Assembly (NCBI GenBank): GCA_000433755.1
Contig: FR891276.1
Location: forward strand, 2,544-66,543
Reading direction: 5' to 3'
DNA: 64,000 bases
DNA from: Clostridium sp. CAG:465
Lineage (GTDB): Bacteria; Bacillota; Clostridia; TANB77; CAG-465
The translations under genes and the position numbers were made by a program. The notes below the pieces were generated by a model, which saw only the letters and a program-made list of their open reading frames with translations, made no database searches and was not told the DNA's origin. This document shows, one piece after another, positions 49,624 through 58,007 of the stretch (positions are counted from its first letter, which is position 1; each line of letters starts with the position of its first letter).

Positions 49624-52104
49624 TTAAAAACTTTCTAAAGATGCACACTCACCATGAGTCACAAATCTTTTTAATCTTTCAGAACATTTAATATCACTTT
49701 CATGTTCTTTTCTTCCACAATGTGGACATTCATCTTTTATAATTCCTGTATATCCACAAATTGGATCTCTATCTACTGGATGGTTTATAGCTCCATAACC
49801 AATTCCATTTTCTTTCATACATCTTACAACCGCCTCAAAAGCTTCTAAATTTTGTGTAGGATCACCATCAAGTTCAATGTAGCTTATATGTCCACCATTT
49901 GTTAAATTATGATATGGTGCTTCAATCTCTATTTTCTTAAATGCAGGTATTTTGTAATATACAGGTACATGGAAAGAGTTTGTATAATAATCTCTATCTG
50001 TAACGCCTTCTATTACTCCATATTTTTCTCTATCCATTCTTACAAATCTACCAGATAAACCTTCTGCAGGTGTTGCAATAAGTGAGAAATTAAGTCCTCT
50101 TTTCTCAGATTCTCTATCCATTCTTTCTCTCATATGAGATACAATAGAAAGACCTAGTTCTTGTGCTTCTGCAGATTCACCATGATGTTTTCCAATTAAA
50201 GCTTTTAATGTTTCTGCAAGTCCAATAAATCCTGCTGTAAGTGTACCATGTTTTAATACTTCTCTTACTTCATCTTCTGGATTTAATTTTTCAGAATCAA
50301 GCCATACACCTTGTTGCATTAAGAATGGGTAATTCTTTGCTCTTTTTTTAGATTGAATTTCAAGTCTATCTAGTAATTGTTCAACAACTAAATCAAGTTT
50401 TTCATCTAACATATCAAAGAATTTATCAACATCTCCATTAGCTTTTATTGCAAGTCTTGGTAGATTTATTGATGTAAAGCTTAAATTTCCTCTACCACAT
50501 GTAATCTCACGAGTTTTGTCATAAACATTTGCCATAACTCTAGTTCTACATCCCATATATGATACTTCAGAATTATAATCTCCTTTTTTATAATATTGAA
50601 GATTAAATGGAGCGTCCATAAATGAAAAGTTAGGAAATAATCTTTTTGCAGAAACTTTGCAAGCAAGTTTAAACAAATCATAGTTTGGATCTCCTTCGTT
50701 ATAATTTATTCCCTCTTTAACTTTTAAAATTTGAACTGGGAATATTGGAGTCTCACCACGACCAAGTCCTGCATCAGTTGCTAAAAGTACATTTTTAATA
50801 GCAAGTCTTCCTTCAGGTGTAGTATCAAGTCCATAATTAATTGAAGAGAATGGAACCTGAGCTCCAGCACGAGAATGCATTGTATTTAAATTATGTATAA
50901 ATCCTTCCATTGCTTGGTATGTTTCTCTATCTATTTCAATATCTGCATATTTTTTTGCAAAGTTTTGGATTTTTTTAGCTCTTGTATCTCCAAATCTTCT
51001 TCTTAATTCTACTCTTTCATATTCCATATATCCACTTGTATTTTCAAGAGTAGGGACAACACCTTTTTCATTTTTTATCTTTTCCATTATTTCTTTTGCT
51101 ATTTCTTCAGAGCTTTCTAGACTAGAAAGAAGTTCAATAGTTCTTTTTAAAGATGGAATAATTTTATTTTCACTCTTTATTTTTAATATTATATCATTTG
51201 CAACTTCTTTTGAGTATTTTACATCTTTTAACATATTTAAAGCAGATTCAAGAGCTGGAACTAAATCTTCTTCTTCATTTATTTTAGCTATTACCATATT
51301 TTTAACTTCATCTGCATTTTCAACATCTGTTAAAAGTTCAATTGCTTTTTGTAAATTCTTAGCATATAACTTTTTGTATGATTTTCTAATTCCTTGTGCC
51401 ATAGCATATTCAAAGTTTGGTATACTTTGACCACCATGTTGATCATTTTGATTTGACTGAATTGCGATTGCTGCAAGTGCTGCATAACTTCCAATACTTT
51501 GTGGTTCTCTTAAATGACCTTCACCTGTACTAAATCCATCATGAAATAGTTTTATTAAATCTATTTGACAACATGTTGTAGTAAGTGTTAAGAAATCTAA
51601 ATCATGTATGTGAATATCACCATTTATATGAGCTTGTGCATGATCTTTTTTTAACACAAACATTTGATAGAATTTTTTTGCGCCTTCTGAACCATATTTT
51701 AACATTGTTCCCATTGCTGTATCAGCATTTATATTTGCATTTTCTCTTTTTACATCACTATCTTTAGCATCTTGAAATGTTAACTGTTCATATGTTTTCA
51801 TAATATCAGAATTCATTTCTCTTTGTTTTGTTCTTTCAGATCTATACAAAATGTATGCTTTAGCAGTTGCGGCATGTCCTTCTTCTATTAAAACATGTTC
51901 TACAGCATCTTGAATTTTTTCAACTGTAGGGCATTCTTCATTTTGTGTTTTTTCAACATACTTACATACCTTAGTTGCAAGTTCCTCTGCTTCTTCGTAA
52001 TCTTTTCCACCAACAGCTACTGCTGCTTTATAAATAGCCTTAGCTATTTTTTCGACATTAAAAGGAACTTTTCTTCCATCTCTTTTAATAATCATTGTAA
52101 TCAT
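49624..52104 (-). CDS. nrdD: Anaerobic ribonucleoside-triphosphate reductase large body (ATP-cone plus catalytic barrel plus Zn site), lacking the glycyl-radical C-terminus
   Basis: Likely start is ATG 52104 (MITMIIKRDGRKVPF, ATP-cone). Motifs include NANINADT, HIHDLD, QNDQHGGQS, MGCRTR, NSFHVPV and HPVDRDPICGYTG...CPHCG. Ends ...ASLESF TAA TAA with no RxxGY loop. Confidence 0.9.
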   Translation of the reverse strand: MITMIIKRDGRKVPFNVEKIAKAIYKAAVAVGGKDYEEAEELATKVCKYVEKTQNEECPTVEKIQDAVEHVLIEEGHAATAKAYILYRSERTKQREMNSDIMKTYEQLTFQDAKDSDVKRENANINADTAMGTMLKYGSEGAKKFYQMFVLKKDHAQAHINGDIHIHDLDFLTLTTTCCQIDLIKLFHDGFSTGEGHLREPQSIGSYAALAAIAIQSNQNDQHGGQSIPNFEYAMAQGIRKSYKKLYAKNLQKAIELLTDVENADEVKNMVIAKINEEEDLVPALESALNMLKDVKYSKEVANDIILKIKSENKIIPSLKRTIELLSSLESSEEIAKEIMEKIKNEKGVVPTLENTSGYMEYERVELRRRFGDTRAKKIQNFAKKYADIEIDRETYQAMEGFIHNLNTMHSRAGAQVPFSSINYGLDTTPEGRLAIKNVLLATDAGLGRGETPIFPVQILKVKEGINYNEGDPNYDLFKLACKVSAKRLFPNFSFMDAPFNLQYYKKGDYNSEVSYMGCRTRVMANVYDKTREITCGRGNLSFTSINLPRLAIKANGDVDKFFDMLDEKLDLVVEQLLDRLEIQSKKRAKNYPFLMQQGVWLDSEKLNPEDEVREVLKHGTLTAGFIGLAETLKALIGKHHGESAEAQELGLSIVSHMRERMDRESEKRGLNFSLIATPAEGLSGRFVRMDREKYGVIEGVTDRDYYTNSFHVPVYYKIPAFKKIEIEAPYHNLTNGGHISYIELDGDPTQNLEAFEAVVRCMKENGIGYGAINHPVDRDPICGYTGIIKDECPHCGRKEHESDIKCSERLKRFVTHGECASLESF
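51049..51354 (-). repeat. Three tandem 34-aa (102-nt) coding repeats inside nrdD
   Basis: Three tandem units of exactly 34 residues each: LQKAIELLTDVENADEVKNMVIAKINEEEDLVPA / LESALNMLKDVKYSKEVANDIILKIKSENKIIPS / LKRTIELLSSLESSEEIAKEIMEKIKNEKGVVPT. Confidence 0.7.
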
Positions 52105-52140
52105 ATATACACCATCCCTTGTATCTTTTATCAGCAACAT

Positions 52141-52156
52141 ATACAATATATTGTGA
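52141..52156 (-). promoter_or_regulatory. NrdR box (proximal), just downstream of the nrdD promoter -10
   Basis: The minus strand reads TCACAATATATTGTAT, versus the recalled consensus acaCwAtATaTwGtgt. Confidence 0.7.
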
Positions 52157-52169
52157 TTTTCTGACTATG

Positions 52170-52198
52170 ATTATAGCACTAAGAAAAATGTCTGTCAA
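52170..52198 (-). promoter_or_regulatory. Consensus sigma-A promoter of the nrdD operon
   Basis: On the minus strand: TTGACA (52198-52193), 17-nt spacer, TATAAT (52175-52170). Confidence 0.75.
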
Positions 52199-52344
52199 CG
52201 ATTTTTTGAAAATAAAAATAAAAAATTTAAGCCATTTTTTTCCAATTTTTATGACATTTTTTTACAAATATTTATATACTCAAACAAGAGATATTTTTAT
52301 TCTACATAACGATTTTACATTAATGAAATATTAAAGAAAAAAAT

Positions 52345-52391
52345 ACACATTATATTGTATACATAATTTTTATAAATACAATATAATGTAT
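52345..52391 (-). promoter_or_regulatory. Tandem pair of NrdR-box-like palindromes, 31 bp centre to centre
   Basis: Minus strand: ATACATTATATTGTAT (52391-52376) and ATACAATATAATGTGT (52360-52345). The pair abuts and overlaps the stop of the DUF2752 gene. Confidence 0.6.
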
Positions 52392-52804
52392 TAATTAGAT
52401 AAAATATATATAATTTCATACGCAATAAATAACAAAAAGCACAAAGAATGTATTACTACATCAAATATAACTATTCCTTTTATTTTATTTGAAGTTCTTA
52501 GATAAATAAACAAGAAAATTCTAAATATAATTTCAAAAATAACAAACATAATCATATATCCAAACGGGCAGTTATAATACGATAAATTAAAAAGGTTATC
52601 TTTAATACCTGATATAAACCTTGTACCACCACATAACGGGCATGGTCTTCCTGTTACATTTTGATATACACATGTTGTAAGTATTGGTGAGATACGATAT
52701 ATAATCCTAGCAAATAAAGGAAAAAAAACTATATATATTGAAAGACAAAGCATAGTCACACTCAAAAATATATAGTTTTTCTTTTTAAAATTAAAATGTA
52801 TCAT
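52391..52804 (-). CDS. DUF2752-like membrane protein
   Basis: 137 aa. CPLCGGTR motif plus several TM helices. Confidence 0.7.
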   Translation of the reverse strand: MIHFNFKKKNYIFLSVTMLCLSIYIVFFPLFARIIYRISPILTTCVYQNVTGRPCPLCGGTRFISGIKDNLFNLSYYNCPFGYMIMFVIFEIIFRIFLFIYLRTSNKIKGIVIFDVVIHSLCFLLFIAYEIIYILSN

Positions 52805-53126
52805 TTGATGTTATACCATTTTGTTCATTATCAATTTCTTGTTGTATCTCATCATTAAAATTTTTAAATTCCCTTTGTAAATCATCTGAATTTAAAGCCA
52901 TTCCAAAAACAAAGAACCAAAATACCATTATAACAATTGCAATTGAAGATAAAATTACACCAGCAATAGATGTTCCTTTATTTTGATTTTGTTTGTTTTT
53001 TATTACTAAATCAATAATTCCTAATATAAGCCCAACAAGTGCAGGTAAAAAAGCTATTATTCCACAAAATGGAACAAATGCAATTATTATAGATACAATT
53101 CCAAGTACTAATGCGGCAATTCCCAT
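52791..53126 (-). CDS. DUF4190-like small membrane protein
   Basis: 111 aa. GIAALVLGIVSIIIAFVPFCGIIAFLPALVGLILGII pattern. Overlaps the downstream DUF2752 gene by 14 nt. Confidence 0.65.
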   Translation of the reverse strand: MGIAALVLGIVSIIIAFVPFCGIIAFLPALVGLILGIIDLVIKNKQNQNKGTSIAGVILSSIAIVIMVFWFFVFGMALNSDDLQREFKNFNDEIQQEIDNEQNGITSNDTF

Positions 53127-53182
53127 AAAAATTCCTCCTTAAACTATTATATACTAAATTATATTTACAATCAATAAAATAA

Positions 53183-54103
53183 TTATGCGTTCTGTGTTAA
53201 AACTGGTATAATTTGTTTTTTACGCGATACTATTCCTGGTAAAAAAGCTGTATTTTCTTCAAGTGTTACGTTATATGACTTTTCAACAAGTTTAGCCTCT
53301 TTACCTAAAGCAATTACTTGAGAATTACTATTTATTATATCAGTAATTGCAAGGAAGAATAAATCTAATCCTTTTTCATCTATCTTTTTATTTATTGATA
53401 TCTCAAGTTCTTCTTTTCTTTTTAACATATCAGGAATACTTGCTGTATTTACTTGTGCAATAATTGTTTTATAATTTCCAATTGTAACTTCTTTTGCATC
53501 AAGACCTATTAGTTCGTCAGCACTAAGGTCTGATACGTCAGTCCCTGCTTTTAGCATATCAAGTCCATATTCTTGAATATTAATATTTGCAATTTTATTT
53601 AACTCTTCAGCCACTTTTATATCTTCTTTTGTACATGTTGGTGATTTAAATAAAAGTGTATCAGAAATTATTGCAGAAAGCATAAGAATTGCAATATTTT
53701 TTTCTATTTCTACGTTATTTTCCTTATACATTTTGTATAATACTGTCGCAGTACATCCAACTGGTTCAGCTCTATAATATAATGGTTCAGCTGTTTTTAA
53801 GCCACATATTCTATGATGGTCAACAACTTTTTTTATTTTTGCGTTTTCAATTCCATCTACACTTTGTGCAAATTCATTATGATCAACAAGTATAACGGCT
53901 TGTCCCTCTTCCACACTTTGTATAAATTCTGGTTCATCTATTTTTAAATAATCAAATACATACTTTGTTTCTTTATTTAATTTTCCAAGAACACATGCTT
54001 TTGCGTCTACTCCTAATTTATTTTCTAAATTTGCCATTACAACTGCAGATGTCACTGTATCTGTATCAGGACTTTTATGTCCAAAAACTAAAACTTTATT
54101 CAT
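53183..54103 (-). CDS. ppaC: Manganese-dependent inorganic pyrophosphatase (family II, DHH)
   Basis: 306 aa. VFGHKSPDTDTV, VDHHR, DHH/DHHA2 layout. Confidence 0.92.
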   Translation of the reverse strand: MNKVLVFGHKSPDTDTVTSAVVMANLENKLGVDAKACVLGKLNKETKYVFDYLKIDEPEFIQSVEEGQAVILVDHNEFAQSVDGIENAKIKKVVDHHRICGLKTAEPLYYRAEPVGCTATVLYKMYKENNVEIEKNIAILMLSAIISDTLLFKSPTCTKEDIKVAEELNKIANINIQEYGLDMLKAGTDVSDLSADELIGLDAKEVTIGNYKTIIAQVNTASIPDMLKRKEELEISINKKIDEKGLDLFFLAITDIINSNSQVIALGKEAKLVEKSYNVTLEENTAFLPGIVSRKKQIIPVLTQNA

Positions 54104-54124
54104 TTAACTTCCCCCTTATATTTA

Positions 54125-54403
54125 CTATTTAGTTAAACTAAATAGTATTAAACTTACAAATAAAAATAAATTAAATACTATAGATATTATAGAAATTATT
54201 ATTGCAAATATATATTTGTCTCTCTTTGCCTTATATTTCTTTTTATTACTAAGACTAAGTAATAAAGCTATAAGGGATATTATAAACCCACCAAAGGAAA
54301 TAGCTATCAAAATACTATTTTCAAGAGATTTCATAATATCACAAAACACAACTACAAACCCTAAAAAAAGCGAAAAAATTGCCATATTACTTTCTTTTAC
54401 CAT
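54125..54403 (-). CDS. Small hypothetical membrane protein
   Basis: 92 aa, three predicted hydrophobic helices. No motif recognised. Confidence 0.45.
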   Translation of the reverse strand: MVKESNMAIFSLFLGFVVVFCDIMKSLENSILIAISFGGFIISLIALLLSLSNKKKYKAKRDKYIFAIIISIISIVFNLFLFVSLILFSLTK

Positions 54404-54422
54404 TTACTTTTTCTCCTTACGT

Positions 54423-55022
54423 TTACCAAATTTTTTCTTCTTGCCTTGTTAATATCCTCTTTATATTTGCTCTATGTTTAAACATTATTATTGAACATGC
54501 AATTATAACAGGAATAACACACTCTTTTACAGAAAAAATTGTTATTACAACATATACAATTGTTCCAATTAATGTACCCATTGCAACTGTCCTTGTAATT
54601 AGTATAACAATTACTCCAACTATCATACATATAAGTGCTGTTTTTGCATCTAATATAAAAGCTGTTGTCATTCCAACAATAACACCCTTACCACCTCTAA
54701 ATTTATAATATATTGGATAACAGTGCCCTATTACAGCAGCAAGTATAAATACAGATTTTAACATAACTGAAATATCCTGTTTAAATATTTTCCCTATAAC
54801 ATATACAATAGCAAGAGATATAAATACTTTCAAAATATCACATATTATTACTACTGTTCCAAGAGGTTTTCCAAGAACTCTCATAGCATTTGCAGTTCCT
54901 GCATTTCCACTACCAAGTTTTCTAATATCTTCTCCTGTTTTTAATTTACAGATTTCAATTGCAGGATTAACACTACAAATTAAATATGTAATAATGAAAG
55001 CTACTACCATATATACAGTCAT
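54423..55022 (-). CDS. plsY: Glycerol-3-phosphate acyltransferase PlsY
   Basis: GSGNAGTANAMRVLG and KFRGGKG motifs. Likely start is ATG 55022 (MTVYMVVAF), after a GGGGGGA SD-like run. Confidence 0.9.
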   Translation of the reverse strand: MTVYMVVAFIITYLICSVNPAIEICKLKTGEDIRKLGSGNAGTANAMRVLGKPLGTVVIICDILKVFISLAIVYVIGKIFKQDISVMLKSVFILAAVIGHCYPIYYKFRGGKGVIVGMTTAFILDAKTALICMIVGVIVILITRTVAMGTLIGTIVYVVITIFSVKECVIPVIIACSIIMFKHRANIKRILTRQEEKIW

Positions 55023-55052
55023 AAAGTATCCCCCCAATGTTACCTCATAGTT

Positions 55053-56375
55053 TTATTTTTTACCTTTTTCTCTTATTATCATATGTATTGGCGTTCCTTT
55101 AAATTCAAAGTATTTCCTTATTTGATTTTCTAAGTATCTAACATAAGAAAAATGCATTAAAGGCTTTGAATTTACAAATATAACAAAAGTAGGTGGCCTT
55201 ATTGATACTTGAGTTGCATAGTACACTTTAAGTCTTCTACCTTTATCAGAAGGTGGTTGAGTAATTGCAATAGCTTCAGCAATTACATCATTTAAAAGAC
55301 CTGTAGGTACTCTTAAGCTATTATTTTTATCTACTTCATTTATAATTTCAAATATATTATTTACTCTTTTTCCAGTAAGAACTGACATAAAGATTATAGG
55401 CGCATACTTAAGATATGCAAGTTTTGAATATACTTGTTTTTTGTAACTATCAAAAGTATAATTATCTTTTTCAATAAGATCCCATTTATTTATGACAATA
55501 ATTACACCTTTACCAGCTTCATGAGCAAGTCCTGCTATTTTTTCATCTTGTTCAGTTACTCCCTCTTTTGCATCTATTAATATCATACATACATTTGCTC
55601 TATCTATTGCATTTTTTGCCTTTACAACTGAATACTCTTCTATATCTTCATATATTTTATTCTTTCTTCTAATTCCTGCAGTATCTATAAAAGTATACTT
55701 ACCATATTTATTATTAAGTTCAGTATCTATAGCATCTCTTGTTGTACCAGCTATATTTGATACAATTAATCTTTCTTCTCCAAGAATTTTGTTTATTAAA
55801 GATGATTTACCAACATTAGGTTTCCCTATGATTGCAACCTTTATTCTATCATCTTCTTCACTATCTTCAGAAATATCTCCTAAATTCTCATATATTTCAT
55901 CCAACATTTCACCAATTCCAAGTTTCTTTCCTGCAGAAATTCCAAGAGGATCACCTAAACCTAAATCATAAAATTCATATATGTCGGCTGGTACTTCTCC
56001 TACCCTATCACATTTATTACAAACAAGTATAACAGGCTTTTTAGTATGTCTTAACATAAGTGCTATTTCCTTATCAGAAGGTGTAACTCCTGCTTTTACA
56101 TCCGTAATAAGCACAATAACGTCAGCTATATCCATAGCAAGTTCAGCTTGTCTTCTCATTTGCTTTAGTATTATATCTTCAGATTCTGGTTCAATTCCCC
56201 CAGTATCAATTATTCTAAATTTTGTATTTCTCCACTCGCAGTCAGCATATATTCTATCTCTTGTAACTCCTGGTGTATCTTTTATAATAGCTATTTTTTC
56301 ACCTGCAAGTACATTAAAAAGAGTAGATTTACCAACATTTGGGCGACCAACTATCGCAACTGTTTTCTTAGCCAT
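55053..56375 (-). CDS. der: Ribosome-associated GTPase Der/EngA
   Basis: Two GTPase domains (GRPNVGKST, GKPNVGKSS) plus a KH-like C-terminus. ATG 56375 (MAKKTVAIVG) follows AAAGGAGGG. Confidence 0.95.
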   Translation of the reverse strand: MAKKTVAIVGRPNVGKSTLFNVLAGEKIAIIKDTPGVTRDRIYADCEWRNTKFRIIDTGGIEPESEDIILKQMRRQAELAMDIADVIVLITDVKAGVTPSDKEIALMLRHTKKPVILVCNKCDRVGEVPADIYEFYDLGLGDPLGISAGKKLGIGEMLDEIYENLGDISEDSEEDDRIKVAIIGKPNVGKSSLINKILGEERLIVSNIAGTTRDAIDTELNNKYGKYTFIDTAGIRRKNKIYEDIEEYSVVKAKNAIDRANVCMILIDAKEGVTEQDEKIAGLAHEAGKGVIIVINKWDLIEKDNYTFDSYKKQVYSKLAYLKYAPIIFMSVLTGKRVNNIFEIINEVDKNNSLRVPTGLLNDVIAEAIAITQPPSDKGRRLKVYYATQVSIRPPTFVIFVNSKPLMHFSYVRYLENQIRKYFEFKGTPIHMIIREKGKK

Positions 56376-56436
56376 AAGCCCTCCTTTTTTTATCAATATA
56401 TATATTTTAACATTTTTATGTCAAAATGTCAAAAAA

Positions 56437-56619
56437 TTATAATTTCTTTTTTCTATAATTAGAATAAAAATTAAGTATTAAAGCTATAACAATAAATATC
56501 AAACTAAATATTCTTAAAAGTGTAACATTATCATTATATAAACACGATGAAATGCCAAATACAATTGCTAGTAAAGCTAGAACTATAACAATTATTTCTA
56601 ATATTTTTTGTTTTAACAT
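56437..56619 (-). CDS. Small hypothetical membrane protein (60 aa)
   Basis: ATG 56619 (MLKQKILEIIVIVLALLAIVFG...) after AGGTGA. Two hydrophobic helices. Confidence 0.4.
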   Translation of the reverse strand: MLKQKILEIIVIVLALLAIVFGISSCLYNDNVTLLRIFSLIFIVIALILNFYSNYRKKKL

Positions 56620-56734
56620 TATATCACCTACACTAATTTTACTACTAAATTTTAAATAAAGCAATAAAAATAACCCCACTTAGCAAAATGTTAAATGAGA
56701 TTATTTTAAATATTATTTTTCAATACAAATATAT

Positions 56735-57886
56735 TTAAAGTGTTATTACACCATCTGTGCATGTTATTGTTTTTAAAGTTGAGTCACACCAATCAACTTT
56801 GCCACTTGTCATACTTTTGTCTATTTTATTCCATTGCTCTTTTGTTCCCTTATACGTTATATTAGTTAAACTACTGCAATTATGAAAAGCATTTTGTCCT
56901 ATACTTGTTACACTTTCTGGTATTGTTATACTTGCCAAACTGCTACAATTATAAAAAGCTTCGTGTCCAATTTCTATTGAACCATTTTTAATATTTACAT
57001 TTTCTAAACTTTTACAATCACCAAAAGCAATATTATCTATTTTTTCTACATTTTCTGGTATTGTTATACTTTTCAAACTAATACATCCGTCAAAAGCTGA
57101 ATTTCCTATTTTTATTACTGATTCAGGTATTGTTACATCTCTTAAGTTTTCACAACCAACAAAAGTACTATTATTTATATAAATTAAACTATTTGGAAAT
57201 TCCACAACTTCTAAAGCACTACACAAACCAAAAGTGCCTCTACCTCCACCACCACTTCCTGTATCTGTAACTCCTTCTTTTATAACAGCCTTTTTTAAAG
57301 TATCTTTTTTATCAGACATTGGAGAACTTATAGTCCATACCGCAAATTCTTGTATAATTCCATCACTTTCTTCACCATTTTTTGTAATGACTACTTCTGT
57401 ATAATCGTTATTAAATTTTGCAACAACATATTCCGGTTTAGTCTTACCTATTGCATATAAATATTCACTACTTTCAATCTCTTCAGATGTATAATTGGTT
57501 TCTTCTGGTTCAACACTATTTAAATTTAGATCTTCAATCCATAATTTTTCATTTTCAGTAACCTTATCAGTAGCTACTAAATTATCATCTACTATAGCAA
57601 ATTTATTTACATACTTATCTTTAAAACTTTGAATATACTTCTTTACATCTTTTCCTGTTGCATTTATCTTTGTGTCCCTTTTACCTTGCTTATCTATATA
57701 TTCTTTTGCTACTGTAAGTGCTAAATCATCTTGAAATATTCTTACATCTTCTTTAAATGCTGCTTCTTTTGCACTTGATACTGGATTATTTTTTGTTATT
57801 GTAAGTATTACTACTGCTGCTAGTATTATTATAACTATAATTGTTATTATTAACACTATAAGTGATATACCTTTTTTCTTTTTCAT
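56735..57886 (-). CDS. Surface protein: pilin-like hydrophobic N-terminus plus BspA-type leucine-rich repeats (LRR_5)
   Basis: 383 aa. MKKKKGISLIVLIITIIVIIILA N-terminus, Gly run GSGGGGRG, then ~23-aa repeats (IPESVIKIGNSAFDGCISLKSITIPENVEKIDNIAFGDCKSLENV...). Confidence 0.7.
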   Translation of the reverse strand: MKKKKGISLIVLIITIIVIIILAAVVILTITKNNPVSSAKEAAFKEDVRIFQDDLALTVAKEYIDKQGKRDTKINATGKDVKKYIQSFKDKYVNKFAIVDDNLVATDKVTENEKLWIEDLNLNSVEPEETNYTSEEIESSEYLYAIGKTKPEYVVAKFNNDYTEVVITKNGEESDGIIQEFAVWTISSPMSDKKDTLKKAVIKEGVTDTGSGGGGRGTFGLCSALEVVEFPNSLIYINNSTFVGCENLRDVTIPESVIKIGNSAFDGCISLKSITIPENVEKIDNIAFGDCKSLENVNIKNGSIEIGHEAFYNCSSLASITIPESVTSIGQNAFHNCSSLTNITYKGTKEQWNKIDKSMTSGKVDWCDSTLKTITCTDGVITL

Positions 57887-58007
57887 GTATTATCTCATCC
57901 CTTCTTTTGTTTTTTAACATATATAGTATATATTAAATTTAAATAATTTACAATAAAATTACATTTATTTTAAATATCATTTATGCTACAAAAAAGCTGC
58001 ATTTGTG

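Noticed and set aside
56735-57886. Calling the LRR protein a genuine type IV pilin or pseudopilin.
   Set aside because: The N-terminus (KKG-ISLIVL) lacks the conserved Glu5 and the Phe/Met1. No pilus assembly or prepilin peptidase genes are in the window. It is kept only as pilin-like.
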